Positions 25,021 through 38,562 are shown, counted from the first letter of the stretch. The stretch: DNA of 64,000 bases from Octopus vulgaris (GCA_951406725.2 OX597818.1:71052001-71116000); one strand, 5' to 3'. Numbers and translations: made by a program. The notes: generated from the letters alone by a model not told the origin.

Positions 25021-26389
25021 ACAGCAACTAATGAATATTTTGATTTCTTTCTTTTTTATTGACCTGGCAGAAGAAGGGGCTGTGCTCATAGCCTTCACAG
25101 ACCTTCCAACACCAACAAGATCAGTGAAGTTAATAGAGATTGTGCAAGTGATGCATTTTCGTTACTAGTACAATTCAGATGCTAGAGAACATGGTTGAAA
25201 GCCTCCCGTTCTTTTGCTGTAGCATATAAGCTTTACTGCATAATTCCAGTTTGAACTTAAACTGTACAGACCTATATCTCTCAACAGATATGTTCATTCA
25301 GGATAAATGCATTCAAAACAACAATGCAATCAATAGAATAAGTGTCCGATAATGACTTGAAAGTGAATGTCTGAAGATATATTCAAGAAATCATGATTGG
25401 GAAAATAAAAAACATACAAGTATTGTCTCATTAATGTATGCAGTAAAAAAGAAACTAAGAGGTGTTAATGAGGACAAAATGGAAAGGCAGGGTAGAGGTG
25501 AGAAAAACATCCTAATAACAAATTAACTAATAATGAATGAAATGTAAGTTATATAATGATATGAACCGGTTAGTAATTAGTGAAGTTGTTTGACGCACTT
25601 GTTAATAATGAATGCGCAATGTGCATGTGAGAGAGAGAGAGAGAGAGAGTATATACTTGACAGAGAAAACGTATTGCTGTTGAAGAATGCTAGTTTCTAT
25701 TCAAACTAGTTAGTAGTAGCAGTTTTCTGGAACAGCGTATTGCCTGAAGATATAACTACTGTTATAAAAACGATGTCAAGCAAGTGAATAATGAGATTCA
25801 GTGAAAAATTTAAAAAATACAAAAATCATAAAGTTCAACTGAATGGTTGGTCAGGGAATGAGTGCATGAGTGATTACAAAAGAAGGCTTGTAACAAAGGT
25901 AGGATGTACAAATATTAAGGGAAATTCAATATCACTGAATCTTCCATACGACAGCCAAATGATGAGAAACTAATATAGTTTCACAAATTGAATAGAAGCG
26001 GTCAAATAGGGAATCTAAAAGTGCATTTTATTGGAAGAAAAACACTGAATATTATAATATCTTACAGTATGGCGTTTTTTTTTCTATCCTTATCTATTCA
26101 TCAACACAATGTTTTGTATTGAATAGTACTAAACAGTACTTAGTTTTTCTTCTCAACTCTTTCGCTACCATACCTCTAATGGAAATACTCTACTTAATTT
26201 TGCAAATAATCAAAAATTTTGAGAGATTCAGTAACATAATTAACTTTTGTCTTTATTAAAATGGTATTTTGAACATAAAAGGTTCTCACATAAAATTATA
26301 ATGAAAGGTTTTAATTTAAATCTAAAACCCCTTATTACAGACAATTTCAAATAGGTTAATATCCAAAAGGCTACGTTTCTTGACAATGA

Positions 26390-26720
26390 CGTCATCATCG
26401 TCATCATCCTCTTCCTCATCATTTAATGTCTGTCTTACAAGCAAACATGGGTTGAGCAGTTTGATAGGAGCTGGCAAGTCAGAAGACTGATCCAAGCTCT
26501 ACTGTTTAGCATTGTTTCTGTGGCTGAATGCCCTTCCTAATGTCAACCATTTTACAGAGTGTAGTGGGTGATTTTTATGAGGCACCAGCAGCAGTGGGGT
26601 CACTAAATAACTCACTAGACAAGACCCCCTCAGCTGAGGGGTGTGTACTTTGGAGAAAGGTAACTTTGTGCTAGATGAGAGGTTAGCATATAAGTAGAGA
26701 CACTCTCCTACAATAAACCA
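26390..26720 (-). mobile_element. RTE-tail-type repeat
   Basis: (CAT)n-TTAATGTC..GGCTGAATGCCCTTCCTAATGTCAACCA. Confidence 0.7.
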
Positions 26721-27791
26721 CAAAACTCTCTAATGTAGAATGAGATAAAACATTAAATTATTATACTGAAACTCCTTGTATGCCTTTTACTTTAAAAGTT
26801 AAAAGTTAATATTATCCTGAATCTGAGGACTTGTTGAATAGCTTCTGGTGAGCTCTGATAAAGCACAAACATTCCAGCAGTGAGTCCCCATATCCTTTAT
26901 TCAGGCATTATGTGTCTAACACCACACAATCCAATATGTCCTCCTCTCCAGAACAATAGTGAATGAGTTGTGACACATTCTGCTGCTGCTTCTAGCAGGT
27001 CGAGTGATCACATGTCTAAGACATTATAAAGGCGGTTCTTTTGTCAGCCACCACCCCACAGTAGACAAATCTCTTCTTGTATTGGACACTAGTTGAGTGT
27101 AATCAAATACAGTATTACTGGTACCTATTTATCAGCTTCATTAATTATAACTAAGTGAACACAATAAATAAACATAAGCCAAGGCCCTGTGGTAGATATG
27201 AATTATCTGTTAGCATGAACCTGGTATCTTATCCAGCTGCACAGCTTCATATACGTAGCAAGAGAAAGTCTCTTAAATCATACCTGATGAAATGAGCTGA
27301 TTTACTTTGCTGTTAAATGACAATCAAATCAAACTGAAGAAATCTTCAACGTTTATAAGTAACTGAAGGAAAATAAAGCAAATTTTAGGAATTTCCATGT
27401 AATAACAAAGTCAGGAACAAACTGTAATAAACAGAATTCAAAATATTTCAGTTCTACGGAGATTGAAAAACTAATATCATCTCACATCAGACAACAGGAA
27501 TTTAATAGATTATCTAAGCCTTCACCTTTCCAAAGTAAATAATCCAAACCCTAACAAATGCAGACAACTGCACTTTTAATCTTCAATCTGTCTTCAAACA
27601 TCATCACAGCAGCTTTTCCATTTAGAAATTCTAGAAGTAATCTTAATGATATTAAAATGCTGTTTCATTGAATTTGCAGTTTGCACTTTATTACTTTGTT
27701 TTATATCTTTCCCTACACTTTGTTATAAACCTGAGTTTTCTTCTTGAATTATGCATTACTTTGAATGTGTACACACATGCCCTCACACACA

Positions 27792-27830
<39 letters not shown>

Positions 27831-28540
27831 ACACACACACACATCAATATCCAATTTACATAAATTTAGCAGAATCGTTAATTTCCATAGTAACATGGGT
27901 GATCAGTTCCTACCGGTTTTATTCATGTTGCGGGTCATCTTTTATCTTTATATTCAGTAGACCAACCTCTCCTCAGAGTGTTAATAATCAATGGACACAA
28001 GCATAGCTGTATGGCTAAGAAGTTACCTCCTCGACCATGTAATTCCAGTTTCTGGGACCTTCTATGCAGCACATTGAACAAGTAGTATCTACTATAGACT
28101 AAGGATAATCGGTACTTTTTCACCAAAGCCATACATTCATATATAAATACCCTATGTAGTATTTGTTCTCTCCAAATTGCACACACAGACCCTTTATCAC
28201 ACACACTGTCAAAGATGCAATGAACTTGCAATAGGCCAATGGGTAACTTGTAACCAAAATACTATTGATCACCAGATGCAATATAAAATTATTTTTGTTA
28301 ATTAATAACACATAATAGCTCACTTATTTAGTACTGATTGGTGAGGGAATGATGAAGGGGTTGGGTTAATAATCAAATGTCTATTTCCACAGCTGTACTT
28401 TAGTTGTTCACTTTGAACATTTTGATAGATCTTCAATGGATATATCATTGCTGTCGGCCTATTTGTTTTCAGTGTAGTTATTGCAAGTTATAGGTTGTGA
28501 TAAGCCTATCTGTTATTTTGTGTTTCAACAACCAGCAAGC

Positions 28541-28573
<33 letters not shown>

Positions 28574-28765
28574 TTAACGTCCACTTTCCATGCTGGTATG
28601 GGTTGGATGGTTTGACAGGGGACTGGCAAGCCAGGAGGCCACTCCAAGCTCCAATCTGATCTGGCAATGTTTCTACAGCTGGATGCCCTTCCTAACACCA
28701 ACCACTCTGAGAGTGTAGCAGGTGCTTTTTACGTGGCACCAGCATGGGAGCCAATTGGGGTGGGG
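28541..28765 (-). mobile_element. RTE 3'UTR/tail copy
   Basis: (CAT)n-TTAACGTCCACTTTCCATGCTGGTATGGGTTGG..GGATGCCCTTCCTAACACCAACCAC, close to 11005-11190. Confidence 0.85.
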
Positions 28766-28770
28766 GGCTG

Positions 28771-30515
28771 AAAGAAGCTTTGAAAACATTGGCTAGGAAG
28801 ACGATGGACACAGGCTTGCCATTTGAACCTTTAAAACATAAATTGGCAATGAAAATATAAAAAAAAAACTTACTTTGAATAACGAAGAAACCATGGCTTC
28901 GTTAGTGCATTCAGAAGCCAAAAAGTTATTAGTGTAAAAGAACAGAAAAAATCAGCTATTCTTGTCAACATGTGGCACTGAGGCCACTGTGAAAACTATG
29001 ACAAGCTTTTCCTGAAGAATATAGAAGCCACATACTTTCAGAAACACAAAAGAAATGAGAGAAATTAGTTAAACCCAATGAAAAGTTAATAATAGATGAG
29101 AGATTGAAATGTGAAATGTGATTGACTGGAATGAAATGTGACAATGAGTCAATAAATGATTTATTTTATGAATAAATTCACAAATAACCAGCATTTTGTA
29201 AATTGAATCAACTTCAAGAAAACTCTGAGCAAGAAACAGACTGGTTTTCAGACCAGGATTAAGTTCTTTGGGCATAAAAATGAAGGTATTGGAATTCCTT
29301 CACACTCATCCAAATTTAGGATATGGTAACTTAATATCATAAGCAGAAACATCATTTGCTAAATTAAAAACAAATATTGATGAAGAAAATTTCTTTGCAA
29401 GCAAGAGTTATTTGAAAATATCAGTAAAACCTTGGCTGAGCAATAATCAATTACAGACAACACCAATTGCAAAAGTATTTATGTATCAAGTGTCATAATT
29501 GTGGTTACAGCAACTAATAAATTATCTGGCTTTCAAATTAAAGTGTCATAACATGAGCGATGCCACTTGACAAAATGTTACTCTCAGTGCCTCCTATCTA
29601 TAATGTCATTGAAACTTCACGTGGAAATTAAATAGATCTTGATAAAATTTAAGATATCAGCTGTAAATGAAATCCTGTTCCAATTTGAACAAAAATAACA
29701 CATTCTGTTCAGGTCTTCCATATTTTTTCAAATACCACCAGTTTAATATTAATTTATCAGTGCAAAACTTGATCAATTCTGCCAAATCAGATTTGAAGAT
29801 GAAGGGAATGGTAATTGCTAATTTTTCACACAATATTAAGGTTATGAAGCAGGAATCTATTGTGATAGATTATCTATATGACTTATGCTTTGTAAAGGGT
29901 GTTGATAATTTTACTTGTGGAGTGAAGCTTTACATTATTCTAACAGGAGTAATGCATAAAGCACAAGTTAGTTGAAATTTTCTCAAGATTTGGTGTTCCA
30001 AATGCTTTGATCTCTAATAATGGTGCTGAATATGTCACTTAAAAGCAATTCTCTAACTCGTTTGCAAAAATCCCCAGCAAAGAACCTGAAATCAGATAGT
30101 GTGGCAAAACAAGCATTGAAAATTCATTCAAGAATTGCAAACTTCAATTCATATTTATGCAAGATACTTTTCAATGACACAACTGCCCCAGGTGGCTGTA
30201 GAATACATCCAGCAAAATAAGGATGTCAAAAGATATGTACAAGTTGCTATAAATCTATTTTTTTACATTGGTGAACAAGTTTCTTATAAGCCTAAGTTGA
30301 TGTCATCATACCAGATATAACACTAAATAGATTAAGAAATAATTTGATTCTTACTAAAGATGATGGGACAAGTCCTAGATTTGCAGGAGTTTCCACATTC
30401 ATCAATGAATCCAAACACATCTATATTATAGAGACAAGTAACAGTATAACTCTGGTGGATTTATTATTCTTGTTGCCATCATGAGCTTTCAGTTTAGTCA
30501 TTGCATCTTTTTAAC
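28771..30515 (+). mobile_element. decayed Ty3/Gypsy-like LTR retrotransposon internal region (gag to start of pol)
   Basis: LFLSTCGTEA, KPNEKLIIDERLK, KMKVLEFLHTHPN and KCHNCG knuckle-like remnants in broken frames; no LTRs seen. Confidence 0.45.
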
Positions 30516-30536
30516 TTGCAGAAAACTATGCAAATA

Positions 30537-32239
30537 TTATTGAACCTTGGGAGGGGCCGTTTTTTATTAGTTTTCCAAACTCATATGTTAAACACTTTGG
30601 TCAAACAGTTAATCGTTCAAATGTTCAGAATTGTTAGTGTTGCCATTTTTTTTTGTTTTTTTTTTGTCAAATAATTATTTCATTGCATTGTTGCAATCTC
30701 TTCAGTGACACATCTCTCTGCATCCATTTCTTTTGTTGGGATTCGTCTGAGATCTGTCCGAGATGAGTTTGTGAGTGTGCGTATGTGTGTATGTCTGCAT
30801 GTGTATGTGTTTATACATAAGTGTGTGTGTGTGTGTTTAAATACTGACTATTTCATTTTTCATATACATAAGAGAGTGGTTTTAGTTTTCTCTTTGCTTA
30901 CTTTGCAAACGCACACGTTCATCCATATAATGTTTCTCTCAAAGACAGTTAAACCATCTCCTTTGTTTTGATAAATGTGGAATAAATTCATATCTATCTG
31001 TGCATTAGCATGAGCATGCGTATGTGTGTATGGGAGGGCATGTGTGTACAAGCGTGTGTGCCTGTGTTTGTGTGTACGTGTGTATGTGAGTGTATTTCTG
31101 TGTCTCAGTGTGTCTTTATGTGTGTGTGTGAGTTCCTCTGTGTTTGTGTGTGCTTGTGTACTTCTGTATGCATGCATGCTTCCATGTGTATGCAGATGCG
31201 TATATGTGGGTCTGTGTGGGCATGAGGGCATGTCTGTGTCCTTGTTTGTCTTTGTATGTGTGTATGCGTGTGTCCGTTCGTGTGTGTGTGAGTCCATGGG
31301 TCTTTGTAAGGCCTCTGCCTAATGAGAGTATTTACTATTCAAAACCGGTCGTGTTTCATTTATCAAGACTGACCCAAGTATCTGTCGTAGTGGTGAGTCA
31401 TCCAGGTGTCTAGACAGGATTTCTATGCTAATTCAGTTCAGCACACTACCATGTTGTTCTTTGGCATACTGGTAGAGTATCGAGGTTTGTCTTTGATCCC
31501 CATATTCCCTCTAATGTTCAGTTCTCCTCATTTCACCTATGTATGCAGTCTTCCAGCTTTTACAATCACCATTCATGCAGTTTATTCGGTAAACCACATT
31601 TCTGGTTTTGCAGTAGACACCAGGGCTGTATTTGCACACTGCACAGTCCTTCTCTACACATGTGGGTTTTCTGAAGGAGTATGTTTTGCATATTATTGAC
31701 CTGATAGTAAACATTTATCAAACAAAGGAGATGGTTTAACTGTCTTTGAGAGAAACATTATATGGATGAACGTGTGCGTTTGCAAAGTAAGCAAAGAGAA
31801 AACCAAAACTGTTATCTTAAGTATATGAAAAATGATATAGTCAGTATTTAAAAAAAACACACAAACACACACGGATGCACACACTTATGTATAAATATGC
31901 ACACATGCAGGCATACACACATTCACATACTCATCTCCAACAGATCTCAGACGAATCCCAACCCTGGAATATAAATTCAAAAGAAATGGAAGCGATTGCA
32001 ACAATGCAATGAAATAATTATTTGACAAAAAAAGAAATGGCAACACTAACAAATCTGAACATTTGAACGATTAACTGTTTGACAAAAGTGTTTAACATAT
32101 GAGTTTGAAAAACTAGTAAAAAAACAGCTAATCAATAAATTGGTTAACGGAGTAACTAACCCATTAACTAACAAGAAAGGACCGAACCAGTGTGTGTGTT
32201 TATTATTACCAGCATAATGCCCCCCCCAAGGTTCAATAG
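30537..32239. mobile_element. 1.7-kb foldback element with ~440-bp inverted arms, flanked by TA
   Basis: 30537-30977 is the reverse complement of 31711-32239 (e.g. TTGAACCTTGGG / CCCAAGGTTCAA; CTTTGCAAACGCACACGTTCATCCATATAATG / CATTATATGGATGAACGTGTGCGTTTGCAAAG); right arm has ~90 extra bp. Confidence 0.9.
31319..31700 (-). pseudogene. Penelope-like GIY-YIG endonuclease fragment
   Basis: CVEKDCAVC..CKTRNVVYRINC..C..AYIGEMRR.EH*..SILYQYAKEQH..EILSR..LRQILGSVLINETRPVLNSK, one frame with 2 internal stops. Confidence 0.85.
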
Positions 32240-33979
32240 TATTTCTTTCAACACATGAATTCACACCAAGAATCTTGCAAACCAAATACAAATATGAACT
32301 ATACAAATATTAGGAAAGCCAAAATGGCTGTACATAGTCTCTCCTCTGGTAGCTTTAAAACACAGCACGTACTTCTGAGTTATTGACATTTAAATGCATG
32401 TTCCACCCGTTTCCTACAAATACTCTACTCTCCTCCATGTTGTGCTTCCTTCTCTATACTCCATCTCAACTTTCGTACATCAACGTGTTCTAACAACATG
32501 CAATAACACAGCTTTTTTCCTTTTATTTTTATACATAGAAATATATAAGATAGCTCTTTCAGTTGATCTCAAACTTTCTAAGTTTATTTTCAGAGTTATT
32601 TAGATATCTTTATGTCTCATAATATCAAGATTCCTCATTCCAAATTATTGGTTCATCATTTTGAATTTGTTCTTTCAAAATCACCTCTGATACTGGCATT
32701 CAGTAGCTGTTATACTCTAGAAACACTATTTATCTCTTTATTCATTAACAAGCATCAGAACTAACAATTTTTTCAGGATTAAATTGCTCACTGCAGTATA
32801 TTAAATTTATTCACAAGAATATAAAATATTAACAATCTAAATAGGACCTGAAAGGCTTTAGAATTATTAAAACTGTTCATTACCTGCTATTTTCCACAAA
32901 GAATATTTGAAGTTCTTTCATCTATACTTGTGAACTAATTTATGGAAAGAATTCTTTTTAATAGCAGAGAATAAAAGCAGGAAAAAAACAAGAAACAGTA
33001 ACTGTTTAAGCTAAACATAAAAATGGGGTAAAATAGAGGGGTGCAACTTTATGATATCCATTTAAAAAATTGATTGAAACAGGAAGGTAATGTAATTTTT
33101 TACGATATGAAGAAAGAAATGGCTTTGTCTACTTATGTTTTTGTTCTCAACTGTTGTCATTTCCCTTATAGGAATGATATGAACACTGCATCTTTACATT
33201 TCCGGCAACCTTGTGAATCTAAGGCAGTATATCTATTTAAACATTAAAATGATTGGTTGGATAGAGTCAAATTGATTTAAGGATTAAAGCTGTAAATTGT
33301 AAACGATTCTAGGCAAATGAATGCTTTATTTCTATCACATTTTACTAGAAGTACCAGAAGTGGGGAAACAGGAATTTAGATTTTCACACCTGATGTATTC
33401 GTTTTGCATTTTCTTATCTCTGATGTGAAATAATTATCTTGTGATGGAATGTTACTTCCTAATTTATACTATGTACTCTCTAAACTGTACAGTTGGTGAG
33501 GACATGACACTGTGTAGTGCTATGCAAAAGAAGCCACCCAGTATACCCTGAAAAAGGATTGGCATTAGGCTGGGTATCCAACTGTAGAAACGAAGCAAAA
33601 AATGAAATGCGTATGAGACATAGTCTTTCAATTTGCCATGGGGAGAGTACCTCCAAATACTGACTCCAAGTGTGCCAAAAAATAGCTACCATGTCTTTTC
33701 CACATCACACCATACTCTCTCCTCCCTTTAAAAAGGACATATTTGATAATTTGTCCCTAAATGCACCATGTCTAAAAATATAAAAAACAGAAAATGAGTT
33801 GATCGTGGATCTAGAGAGCCTTTGGTTGTAGGTCTGCTCTGCTTGACCAGTAAAAGAAATTTTCAAGAAAGTTAATAAGGATAGCCTTAAGATATTCCAA
33901 ATTCTCATATAGTATTTGTAAGTACAAGAAATATGTGAATTATGGGATTTTTATTTATATTTTATCATTATTATTATTA

Positions 33980-34192
33980 AAGCAGCCAGCTAGCAGAATT
34001 GTTAGCACATGAGGAAAAAATGCTTAGCGGCATTTTGTCCATCTTTACATTCTGAGTTCAACTTCAGCCAAGGTCAACATTGCCTTTCCTCCTTTCTGGG
34101 GTCGATAAAATAAGTACCAGTTGAGCACAGGAGTCGATGTAATCGACTTACCCTCCCCCCCAAATTGCTAGCCTTGTGCCAAAATTCGAAAC
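33980..34192 (+). mobile_element. tRNA-derived SINE (family A)
   Basis: GCAGCCAGCTAGCAGAA..TCTGAGTTCAACTT..GGGGTCGATAAAATAAGTACCAG; flanked by (ATT)n. Confidence 0.85.
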
Positions 34193-34239
34193 TATCATTA
34201 TTATCATTATTATTATCATTATTATAATTATTATTGTGA

Positions 34240-34570
34240 AGGCACATGGCTCAGTGGTTAGAGCATCGAGCTTACAATTGTGAAGTTGTGAGTTCAATTC
34301 CCGGACCAGACTGTGTTGTGTTCTTGAGCAAGACACTTTATTTCATGTTGCTCCAGTTAACTCAGCTGTAGAAATGAGTTGCGACATCACTGGTGCCAAG
34401 CTGTATCGGCCCCTTTTCTTTTTCCTTGGATAACATCAGTGGTGTGGAGAAAGGAGGCTGGTATGCATGGACGACTGCTGGCCTTCCATAAACAACCTTG
34501 CCTGGACTTGTGCCTCGGAGGGTAACTTTTTAGGTGCAATCCCATGGTCATTCATGACCAAAGAGGGCCT
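34240..34570 (+). mobile_element. tRNA-derived SINE (family B, CORE-like)
   Basis: A-box TGGCTCAGTGG, B-box GAGTTCAATTCCC, TGTGTTCTTGAGCAAGACACTT core. Confidence 0.85.
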
Positions 34571-34580
34571 CTTCCTCCTC

Positions 34581-35108
34581 CTGAGTGAAAGAGCAGTGCA
34601 TGCCCTCAAAGTAACACTGGGGGTACAAATGTACAAAGCCCAATAAACCCATCATGACTACTTGTTTGATAAGGGTACAACAGGCTCATGCATTACAAAC
34701 TTATGTTTGTAGATGAAAGGCACATGACCTTGCGGATGGGACCCAATTAGAATTTTATTCAGATCAAGTAGCCCATCCTACTCAAAAGTTCCCTGAATAA
34801 GGGTTAAGGATGTTGAATGTAACACCTATGTTTCCAGAGGTGAATTATTCAAACCCTAAAGAATTCCTCTCAACGCACGGCAATGATGCTCCCCAACTAC
34901 TGCTAGTGATCAGAAATGTACATATTGTCGGTCACCAAGGGCCATGCTTAACTGGTTATGGTCAATCAACTGACAAGAAAATCTGTAGTATTGAACAGAA
35001 TATCTACTGTAACTCATCTTTTCCCCACCAAGTCAAAACATGAAAACACTTCCAGTCACTTAAGATCATAAGTCATGTAAGCCAGTGCCTGGTATTGCAT
35101 CAGGCACT
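34581..35108. repeat. ~530-bp interspersed repeat, inverted copy of 50865-51410
   Basis: GAGCAGTGCATGCC..CACTGGGG vs CCCCAGTG..GGCATGCACTGCTC; CCTGGTATTGCATCAGG vs CCTGATGCAGTACCAGG. Confidence 0.85.
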
Positions 35109-35158
35109 TGTTGTTGTTGTTATTATTATTATTGTTATTAATATTATTATAATTTTAA

Positions 35159-35370
35159 GGTGGTGAGCTGGCAGAATCATTAGCATGCCAGGTAAAATGC
35201 TTAGTGGTGTTTCGCTCATCCTTACATTCTGAGTTCAAATTCCACTGTGGTCAACTTTGCCTTTCATCCTTTCGAGGTCAGTAAATTAAGTACCAGTGAA
35301 ACACTGAGATCAGTGTAATCAACTGGTCACTTCCCACTAAATTTCAGGCTTTGAGCCTGTAGTAGCAAGG
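35159..35370 (+). mobile_element. tRNA-derived SINE (family A)
   Basis: GGTGGTGAGCTGGCAGAATCATTAGC..GAGTTCAAATTCC..GCCTTTCATCCTTTCGAGGTC..AAGTACCAG. Confidence 0.85.
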
Positions 35371-36169
35371 ATTGTTATCATTATTATTTTGGTTTGGCTC
35401 AGGTTCAGTCTGATTCCTGCTCGGATTTATGTGGATAGCATGTTACTACCTGTAACCTTGGATAGGCAGAATCATAAATTAAAATGTGGTATTTGTTTTA
35501 AGTCTATACTCTAAGTTCAAATTCTATTAGGTTTGACTTTGCCTTTCATCTTTCTGGGATTGATAGCATAAAGTCCCAGTCAAGTACTGCAACAAAAGTA
35601 ATTGGCTGATCTCTTTCCATTACAATTTCTGGTCTTGTACCTAAATCAGAAACTATCATCATTCATAGTAGTTTTAAAGAGACATGTTTAACGGTTTTAC
35701 TCAACATTAATCCAGTTGGGGGAAAAATACTCAGCCACTATTTTTTGAATGACATGAAGGAAGAAAACTTCAACAAATGCAAGATGGTGGGATAGAATGA
35801 GACATCCTTGATGTTACTGAATGATCTCTAAACATAAGTGGATTGCAAGTGGATTAAAAGCCAGGCTGGGCATCATCAGTGATGCAGGAGCCACATAATT
35901 AGAAAAGTTATGTTTGAAACAAACAGATAGAGAGAGAAAGAGAGAGATAGTGTATGTGTGTGTGTGTGTGTGTATTCTAATGGATGTACTAACACTTCCC
36001 ACACTCTAGAGACTTGAAAATTCTTTCACTCTTCTGTGGGCATTTTTCTATTCTGTCTTAATTAATATTTGAAAATAACTTAGATGAATCTGGTAAAACA
36101 TTTATATTGAAGTGAGATATAGCTGATTGATTCAGCTACTGGTTTATGACTGATATGTATTTTTATAAT

Positions 36170-37830
36170 AATAATAATGAAATTATTGTATACAGTGCTC
36201 AGGTGCACCACAACTTGTCAGAAAGTGCGTATAAAGTATATGCAGTAATGTACAAATGTCTGGAAAGCGAAGAGTGTATGAGTCAGATACATGCTTGAGT
36301 GTGTATGGAGGGGAGAAAATCAGGTGTAGTGTTGGCGAATCTCAGGAAGTATGGAAGTTTTGAAGGATGCAGTGCTCCGACAACTAACAACTGATGCCGG
36401 CAGTCTGTTCCATGCTTCAGCAACTCTTAGCGTGAAAAAATGTTTCCAAAAGTCATGGGAGTTGTACTGTTTTCTGACTTTGTAAACATGTCCATGGGTG
36501 TTGGACAGGTGGAGTTTGAAAAGGTGCTCAGAGTTATTGTTTGTAAGATGGTTAATAATTTTATGGGTGTCTGCCAAGTCAGCTGCCAGACGTCAGAGTT
36601 TCAATGTCCATGCCCAGGGAAGTAAGGTGTTCAGAACATGGCAAATGCCTGATGGAGGGTATTCTCATGGTTGCGCATCACTGAACAGCTTCCAGACGAT
36701 TAATATCCTGGGCAAGATAGGGGTTCCAGACTGGTGATGCAAATTCCAGGTGAGGTCGTACCATAGCTATATAAAGCCTCAGATAGATAGCCGGAGAGCG
36801 GTTCACAAAGGACTTGGTGAGTGATGCCAAGATACCCTCAGCCTTCTTGGCAATTTTAGCGATGCGTTTTGTCCAATGCAAATCGCTGTCGACAATAACA
36901 CTCAGGTTACGTTCACACGAAGACTTTTTGAGAATAGTGTTGTGGAGGGAGTAAGTAGACACTGGGTTTTTCCTCCCAGAATGCATGGTGGTACATTCAT
37001 CCACAGCCAGCTTGAGTTGCCAGTCCATGATCCACTGCTGCATTGTGTCCAGGTCTGATTGCAATAGAGATCTATAGTGTACAGGATCCGACCTCTTTAT
37101 TTCGAGGTACAGCTTGATGTCCTCTGCATATTTCAGCACTGTGGCATTCTTTAAGTTGGCATCTATGTCATTAACATATGCAACAAATAAAAGGGGGCCA
37201 AGAACAGATCCCTGTGGTACACCAGATGTCATCTCATAGGGTGAAGAGTGCTGTCCTAGAACTGTGACAACCTCTTTTCGGCCGATAATAAAGGACTTCA
37301 ACCAGTTATAGAGATCATCTCTTACACCCATTGCAGAGAGTTTCACCATAAGTCTTTTGTGTGACACAGAATTAAAAGCCTTTGCAAAGTCCAGGTAAAC
37401 AACATCCACCCAGGATCCGCTATCAGTGATTTGGATAATGTCCTCAAGAAACTCAATGAGTTGATTACAGCAGCTGGAGTTAGGAATAAATCCAAATTGT
37501 GACGGCTGGATGAGGCTGTGAGACTTTCAGAAGTTCCAGAGAGTTTCTCTGACACAGGATTCCATCAGTTTGGTGATGCAGCTAGTAAGACTGACAGGGC
37601 AATAGTTGACAGGCGAAGTGCGGTCACCTTTTTTGAACAGAGGGATAACACTGGCAGTTTTCCACTGCTCTGGAGTAACACCATTGACAAGACAGAATTG
37701 AAAGAATAGTGAAAGTTGGTTTAGAAGAAAGTACCCACTGCGTTTGAGAAGTAGGTATGTAACACCATCGAGACCAGGAGAGGCATAGTTGCGTTTATTC
37801 TTAAGGTGGCGTTCATCAATCAAGATTTGA
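36170..37830 (-). mobile_element. CR1-clade LINE, 5'-truncated, RT domain plus 3' end
   Basis: SPGLDG, WKTASVIPLFKKGDR..NYCPVSLTS, DVVYLDFAKAFNSV, SGVPQGSVLGPLLF, YAEDIKL, MVRPHLEFASPVWNP, AEAWNRLP. Confidence 0.95.
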
Positions 37831-38297
37831 CTTCTGGATGCAAGACTGGACATTTGTTTAGCTTCTACCATTCTACACCAGCCACCTCCCTGATATAGAT
37901 ATTTATAAGAATGCCAAAAGATGATTCTGGAATACAAAGAAGATATTGGAGAGACTGTTTCATGTTTTTCCATGTTCTTATTCCCTGTGGTTTATATGGT
38001 GATAGAGATTGTGCAATTTGGGAAATGACAAAACTGAAGGAACATTGAGAGAGACAGTGTTATTTTCTAAAGGACATAATATAGACAGAAGGAAGATATC
38101 TTCATTGTCCTCACGTTCCTTTCCTCTGTCCGTTCTAACTTTGATCTTTAAATAGTCATCCTTCCCTCTTTCTTCTCCTTGCACTTTCTCATTGTATCTA
38201 CTCCTCTACTTACCTCTGTCTCTCTATCTTCACAATATGTGTGTGTGTGTATGTGTATATATATATATATATATATGTATACATATGTGTGTGTGTG

Positions 38298-38329
<32 letters not shown>

Positions 38330-38372
38330 AGAGTGTGTGTGTGTGTATGTATGTGTATATGTGTGTATAAAT

Positions 38373-38562
38373 ATCATCATCATCATCATCATCATCATTT
38401 AGTGTCCGCTTTCCATGCTAGCATGGGTTAGACAGTTCAACTGGGGTCTGGGAAGCCTGAAGGCTGCACCAGGCCCAGTCTGATCTGGCAGTGTTTCTAC
38501 GGCTGGATGCCCTTCCTAACACCAACCACTCCGTGAGTGTAGTGGGTGCTTTTTACGTGCCA
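38373..38562 (-). mobile_element. RTE 3'UTR/tail copy
   Basis: Nearly identical to 11005-11190. Confidence 0.9.

Noticed and set aside
25074-25150. Exon candidate after TTTTATTGACCTGGCAG
   Set aside because: Acceptor is plausible but there is no convincing donor and no recognisable peptide
34240-34312. tRNA gene
   Set aside because: A/B boxes are present but the sequence runs into a SINE core and lacks a clean acceptor stem
36678-37409. Functional reverse transcriptase gene
   Set aside because: 5'-truncated, flanked by frameshifts, and catalytic YADD reads YAED
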